Shown here: one piece after another, positions 59,944 through 64,000 of the stretch
Layout: each line of letters begins with the position of its first letter
Position numbering within the stretch: the stretch's first letter is position 1
NCBI GenBank assembly: GCA_027022365.1
Contig: JALVYU010000026.1
Coordinates: 512,001-576,000 of the forward strand
Length of the DNA stretch: 64,000 nucleotides
Reading direction: 5' to 3'
DNA from: Desulfurococcales archaeon
GTDB taxonomy: Archaea; Thermoproteota; Thermoprotei_A; Sulfolobales; Desulfurococcaceae
The notes under the pieces: model-generated
Databases searched by the model: none
What the model saw: only the letters and a program-made list of their open reading frames with translations
Told to the model about the DNA's origin: nothing
Program-made: the position numbers and the translations under genes

Positions 59944-60384
59944 CTAGACAGCCATGTAGTAGTACAATAATAAGATCGACAAAATTGTTAGACCTAGCAG
60001 GCCGACAATCAATGTTAGATATATGCGTGCAACCCCGGTTTCCTTCAAAGATCTGAACCCCTTAGGTTGCAGGGTGGGCTCAAAATGCGGTATCACAAAT
60101 GCGATGAACAGGCTCAATAACATAACGACCGTAACGACTAGGGGGACTCCAATTACCTGTATACCGGTTAAACCATAATTCTCGAAATACACTGTGAGTG
60201 CGCGCACCCATCCGGGAACAATTGCTATAATTACGAGGCCAAGCAATGCAAGCACTAGTTTTGAGCTTTTCTCGATAACGTAATCAAACTCCAAGATATA
60301 GCTCAGATGCTCCCTCTTTATCCTGGGCACATTCTCCACCCATAAGGTAATCATGTATTTGGTACTCGACGGCCTAACAGACAC
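59944..60384 (-). CDS. Hypothetical membrane protein
   Basis: About 3 TM helices. Confidence 0.65.
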   Translation of the reverse strand: MSVRPSSTKYMITLWVENVPRIKREHLSYILEFDYVIEKSSKLVLALLGLVIIAIVPGWVRALTVYFENYGLTGIQVIGVPLVVTVVMLLSLFIAFVIPHFEPTLQPKGFRSLKETGVARIYLTLIVGLLGLTILSILLLYYYMAV

Positions 60385-60431
60385 TATTGGCTTTTTCTAG
60401 TAAATAAACAAATTTATTTTGCACGGCCGTA

Positions 60432-62516
60432 ATGCTTCTTAATATTGGTTCTAGGGACGTGGTGACGCTGGAAATGAATAAAAAGATGCTATTAGCTGGT
60501 GTGATCCTACTGGTTATATCGTTGGTATGGTATTTCTACATATGCTTTGTTCTTGACAGTGCAAAATGGAGTGTCATGGACGGCGTAATAGCGTGGTTTC
60601 ATCAACATGTGATCCAATATATACGCTCTGGAGGAGATCTAACTGTTGATGCTCATCTACGATTTGTTTCCCCGAGAAATCTACTCTATTCACCAATACT
60701 TGTCGATAGAATTGTTGCGGCAACAAATATGGTTCCAGGTTATTGGACCTTAATAGCCGGTACTTTATTCATAGTGATGGTTTTCCTGATATCGATCTAT
60801 GTGTTCAGAAACGGCATTACTGCCGGGCTAGCAGCTATCTTATTCGCTACAACGCCGAGCTTCGTCTATTGGTTCAAGTACAACAACTATGGAGATTACA
60901 CGTTGCAATTTCTATGGTTGATCACTATCTTGGTCATTGGTATTGGGATCAAGCGCAACAACAAGATCATTACGGTTCTAGGCTCTATAGTGGGCGGACT
61001 TCTATGGGTATTATGGAGCGGTGGCTGGGTAACGATGCTTGTTTACGCGGGTTTTCTCTCATTACTAATATATGCTGGCAGAATAAAGCCTGCTCACCTT
61101 GTCCCGGCGATTTCCCTGCTGGTCATTTCGCCCCTGCTCAATATTGTTACACAAACATATTTCATTACATTCTATCACGTACTCGGCTACGTCGCCCTAG
61201 CAATAATGACTATCGTGTCGTTCATAGAGTATCGAACAATCAGGGCTTCAGGCCCGCTGACCAGGGTCTCGTGGAGATTAATAGGGGTAGTAGCTGGCGC
61301 CGCTCTCACGGTGGCTGTATCACTGGTCGCAAATCAATGCTATAATCTCGTCAACTACCCGGCATTTATAAAGCCTTACGAACTACCCCTTGATCTGGGC
61401 ATTCTGGGAGTACTATCTCTGTTGGCCTTTATAGTACTTTTACGCGGCCGTATTCTCGGTAATCTCGAAGCTAGTTTTACTGTTTACGCTCTTTTCGCAG
61501 GATTCATAATAGGATTAATAAGCGGCTTTGTCGATCATACAATGCCAGTATTTACCGTTGCTTCTATAGCTCCCCTCGTTGCCTATAGTATCTATACCAT
61601 AGCATCGTTTACGTTTCGTCATACTGAGAGGCTAAAGAGTGTAGGGATTAAGATAGCCTACATTCTCGGCATCTCATGGATATTGATAGGTTCGATTATG
61701 GCTGGTGCCTTACCTTCATATGCGATGATAAACGAGCCTCCTAGGATATATTATGGTGATCTAACTAAGAACCTAATAGGAAATGCAACGATCACTAATC
61801 CTCCCCTCGTTCGAGCCCTAGATTTTATCAGAGAAAACACTACTGGCAATACTCTGATCATATGTTACTGGGGCTATAGCTACTGGGTTGTCGGATATAT
61901 TGGTAACGCTTATACAATCGCTGATCCTGATGGGACGCTCTATGGCAAAAGATTGATCTCGTGGTTCTTCATGAGCGACGAATATACGGCTATTAACTTG
62001 ATAAAACAAATCGTCGGGAACACTAAGGACGTGAACGTATATGTGCTGGTTGCTGAAGCCATTAGTATCGAGAAAACCATGGGTGCTTCAAGCCTTAAAC
62101 TAGCGTATATAGGACGCGTAATTCCGGGACCGAGAACAACTACTGGTGAACAAACACTCTATTATCAGCCAGTAGGTGATATTGCACGAATACCGACATA
62201 TATTTCGGGAACAGGTAAAGCACTTGCATTTTACCTAGATACTTACCGTGTAAGATCCTTATTTGAGGCGCCGCTGGCCTGGAATAATGTTACCGAGCAG
62301 ACAATGATTGTTCGGCTTATACTCAATGCCATAAAGGCGCTGGGGTATCAGCCAATAAACGGTGTGTTATCGGAGCGGCCCATAACTAATATACCGGGCC
62401 TAAAGTTCTTTAAGTTGGAAAAAGCATTCATTGAGCCGCTATACAATGTCACGGCAGGGTTTAGATCGTTCCAGGTATCATACATGGTAGCAGTATATAA
62501 GGCTGAGCTCCCATAA
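60432..62516 (+). CDS. Divergent STT3/AglB-like oligosaccharyltransferase homologue
   Basis: Multi-TM N-terminus; ALDFIRENT...CYWGYSYWV...TIADP at the WWDYG position. Confidence 0.7.
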   Translation: MLLNIGSRDVVTLEMNKKMLLAGVILLVISLVWYFYICFVLDSAKWSVMDGVIAWFHQHVIQYIRSGGDLTVDAHLRFVSPRNLLYSPILVDRIVAATNMVPGYWTLIAGTLFIVMVFLISIYVFRNGITAGLAAILFATTPSFVYWFKYNNYGDYTLQFLWLITILVIGIGIKRNNKIITVLGSIVGGLLWVLWSGGWVTMLVYAGFLSLLIYAGRIKPAHLVPAISLLVISPLLNIVTQTYFITFYHVLGYVALAIMTIVSFIEYRTIRASGPLTRVSWRLIGVVAGAALTVAVSLVANQCYNLVNYPAFIKPYELPLDLGILGVLSLLAFIVLLRGRILGNLEASFTVYALFAGFIIGLISGFVDHTMPVFTVASIAPLVAYSIYTIASFTFRHTERLKSVGIKIAYILGISWILIGSIMAGALPSYAMINEPPRIYYGDLTKNLIGNATITNPPLVRALDFIRENTTGNTLIICYWGYSYWVVGYIGNAYTIADPDGTLYGKRLISWFFMSDEYTAINLIKQIVGNTKDVNVYVLVAEAISIEKTMGASSLKLAYIGRVIPGPRTTTGEQTLYYQPVGDIARIPTYISGTGKALAFYLDTYRVRSLFEAPLAWNNVTEQTMIVRLILNAIKALGYQPINGVLSERPITNIPGLKFFKLEKAFIEPLYNVTAGFRSFQVSYMVAVYKAELP

Positions 62517-62569
62517 TTTTCACTACATGAAAGTGTATCGGTAAAAGAGCCATTATCGGGTGAACGGCT

Positions 62570-63373
62570 GTGCCTATACCAAGAAAAGAATTACCCCGTG
62601 TAGGAGAATATGTTGTGGCGACAGTTAAGAAGATCTTCGATTATGGTGCCTACGTCACTCTCGACGAGTACAATGATATGGAAGCTTATCTTCCTTGGAG
62701 CGAAGTAGCATCTAGGTGGGTTAGAAACATAAGAGATGTAATCCGCGAAAACCAGAAGATAGTTGTTAAGGTCATTCGTGTTAACAGACGAAGAAAAACA
62801 GTTGATGTATCCCTTAAAAAAGTCCCGGACAATGAGAGAAGGCGGAAGATGCTGTGGTGGAAACGCTATCTAAAAGCTTCAAAGATTATTGAGCTAGTAG
62901 CTGAAAAGATCGGTAAATCGATAGAGGAAGCCTACAAGGAGGTTGTATGGAAACTCGAAGACTATTATGGTGACCCACTCTACGGCCTTGAAGAAGCAGT
63001 GCTCCGTGGCCCTGACGCGTTACGAGAAGCGGGTATACCAGAGGAATGGATAGAGCCACTCTATAACGAGGCGCTCCGCCACGTCAAGGTTAAAATGGTT
63101 AGAATACGCGGAATCCTAACGCTGAGGTGTTTAAAACCTGATGGTGTAGAGAGAATAAGAGAAGTTCTCAAGGCCATCGAAGAAAACATTGTTAATGAGA
63201 AACAGAAGGTTAAAGGACGGGTTTATCTACTTGGTTCGCCAAGGTACGTACTAGAAATAACTGCTCCAGACTATAAGACTGCCGAGAGAATACTGGGCAA
63301 TGCGTTGAAGAAAGCAGAAAAACTCGCCAAGAAGCTGGGTGTTGAAATTAGCTTCGAGCGTGAGAAGCGTTGA
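62570..63373 (+). CDS. eif2a: Translation initiation factor aIF2 alpha
   Basis: S1 domain LPWSEVASRWVRNI; GSPRY. Confidence 0.96.
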   Translation: MPIPRKELPRVGEYVVATVKKIFDYGAYVTLDEYNDMEAYLPWSEVASRWVRNIRDVIRENQKIVVKVIRVNRRRKTVDVSLKKVPDNERRRKMLWWKRYLKASKIIELVAEKIGKSIEEAYKEVVWKLEDYYGDPLYGLEEAVLRGPDALREAGIPEEWIEPLYNEALRHVKVKMVRIRGILTLRCLKPDGVERIREVLKAIEENIVNEKQKVKGRVYLLGSPRYVLEITAPDYKTAERILGNALKKAEKLAKKLGVEISFEREKR

Positions 63374-63570
63374 AGTGGCTGATGCGTAGATGCTCTAGGT
63401 GCGGCAGATATACGCTCCGACATGATAGGTGTCCGTATTGTGGCGGAGAACTATATGTGCCGCACCCGCATCGATTCAGTCCTGATGATAAGTATGTTGC
63501 CTACAGGATTGAAATGAAGAGGAAAACAGGTGTTTTAGCTCTAGATAAACCTGTTTATTACGATCCCTAG
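63370..63570 (+). CDS. nop10: H/ACA RNP protein Nop10
   Basis: YTL..CPYCG..PHPHRFSPDDKY. Confidence 0.93.
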   Translation: MKWLMRRCSRCGRYTLRHDRCPYCGGELYVPHPHRFSPDDKYVAYRIEMKRKTGVLALDKPVYYDP

Positions 63571-63576
63571 TATTCG

Positions 63577-64000
63577 TCATTGTTTCTTTAGTAGCGAGTA
63601 AAGATAATCTATCATTTTCAGGCCCGAGCCCGTGAGCGGCAATAATATGGGTTCTTCTACATCACCTTTATCTTCAATGTATTTAAGAATACCAGCTAGT
63701 GATGCGGCGCTTGTCGGTTCAATAATGAACCCCATTCTTATCAGATCCTTTAAAGAAGATATTATTTCATCATTGTCTACTACCACGATATCCCCATACT
63801 TCTTTATGATCTCGGCTATTTCGTGTTTACGTGGTGGATCACGAACCATTATGCCATCGGCAATGCTTGAGTCGCCGCGGCATTGTTTTCCATAGATTAA
63901 TTCATAGATGGGTGCCGATGAAACGCCTTGGATGCCTATAATGCGGGGCATTGTGCCGATAAGCCCTAGATCTACTAGGTCCTTGAATCCCTTATATATG
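63577..64000 (-). CDS. PLP-dependent threonine synthase-like enzyme, C-terminal part (cut by window edge)
   Basis: PRIIGIQ, EPTSAA and LTGSGLK. Confidence 0.85.
   Translation of the reverse strand, partial: IYKGFKDLVDLGLIGTMPRIIGIQGVSSAPIYELIYGKQCRGDSSIADGIMVRDPPRKHEIAEIIKKYGDIVVVDNDEIISSLKDLIRMGFIIEPTSAASLAGILKYIEDKGDVEEPILLPLTGSGLKMIDYLYSLLKKQ

Overview
Chromosomal window from a hyperthermophilic crenarchaeon, probably Desulfurococcales (inferred from gene content, intron-containing tRNAs and TATA/GGTGA signals). Positions 1-14336 are the right-hand part of a provirus. It carries a split SSV1-type tyrosine integrase whose att site is the 5' half of tRNA-Ala(GGC), a fusellovirus B251-like ATPase and an unusual structural module. 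In that module a 79-aa capsid-like protein is accompanied by paralogues that keep its terminal helices but carry lectin-like or glycosidase-like domains between them. Positions 22270-26415 are a second, 4093-bp element integrated in tRNA-Val(GAC). It has 53-bp att repeats, a reconstitutable split integrase, an iteron-like origin, a PaREP1 gene and an internal deletion scar. The rest is housekeeping: Orc1/Cdc6, Mo/W cofactor biosynthesis, tetraether synthase, tungstate ABC transporter, GlmS, translation and tRNA modification genes, and the PCNA-PriS-GINS...aIF2a-Nop10 cluster interrupted by a divergent AglB-like gene. All assignments come from motif recognition by eye; no database searches were run.
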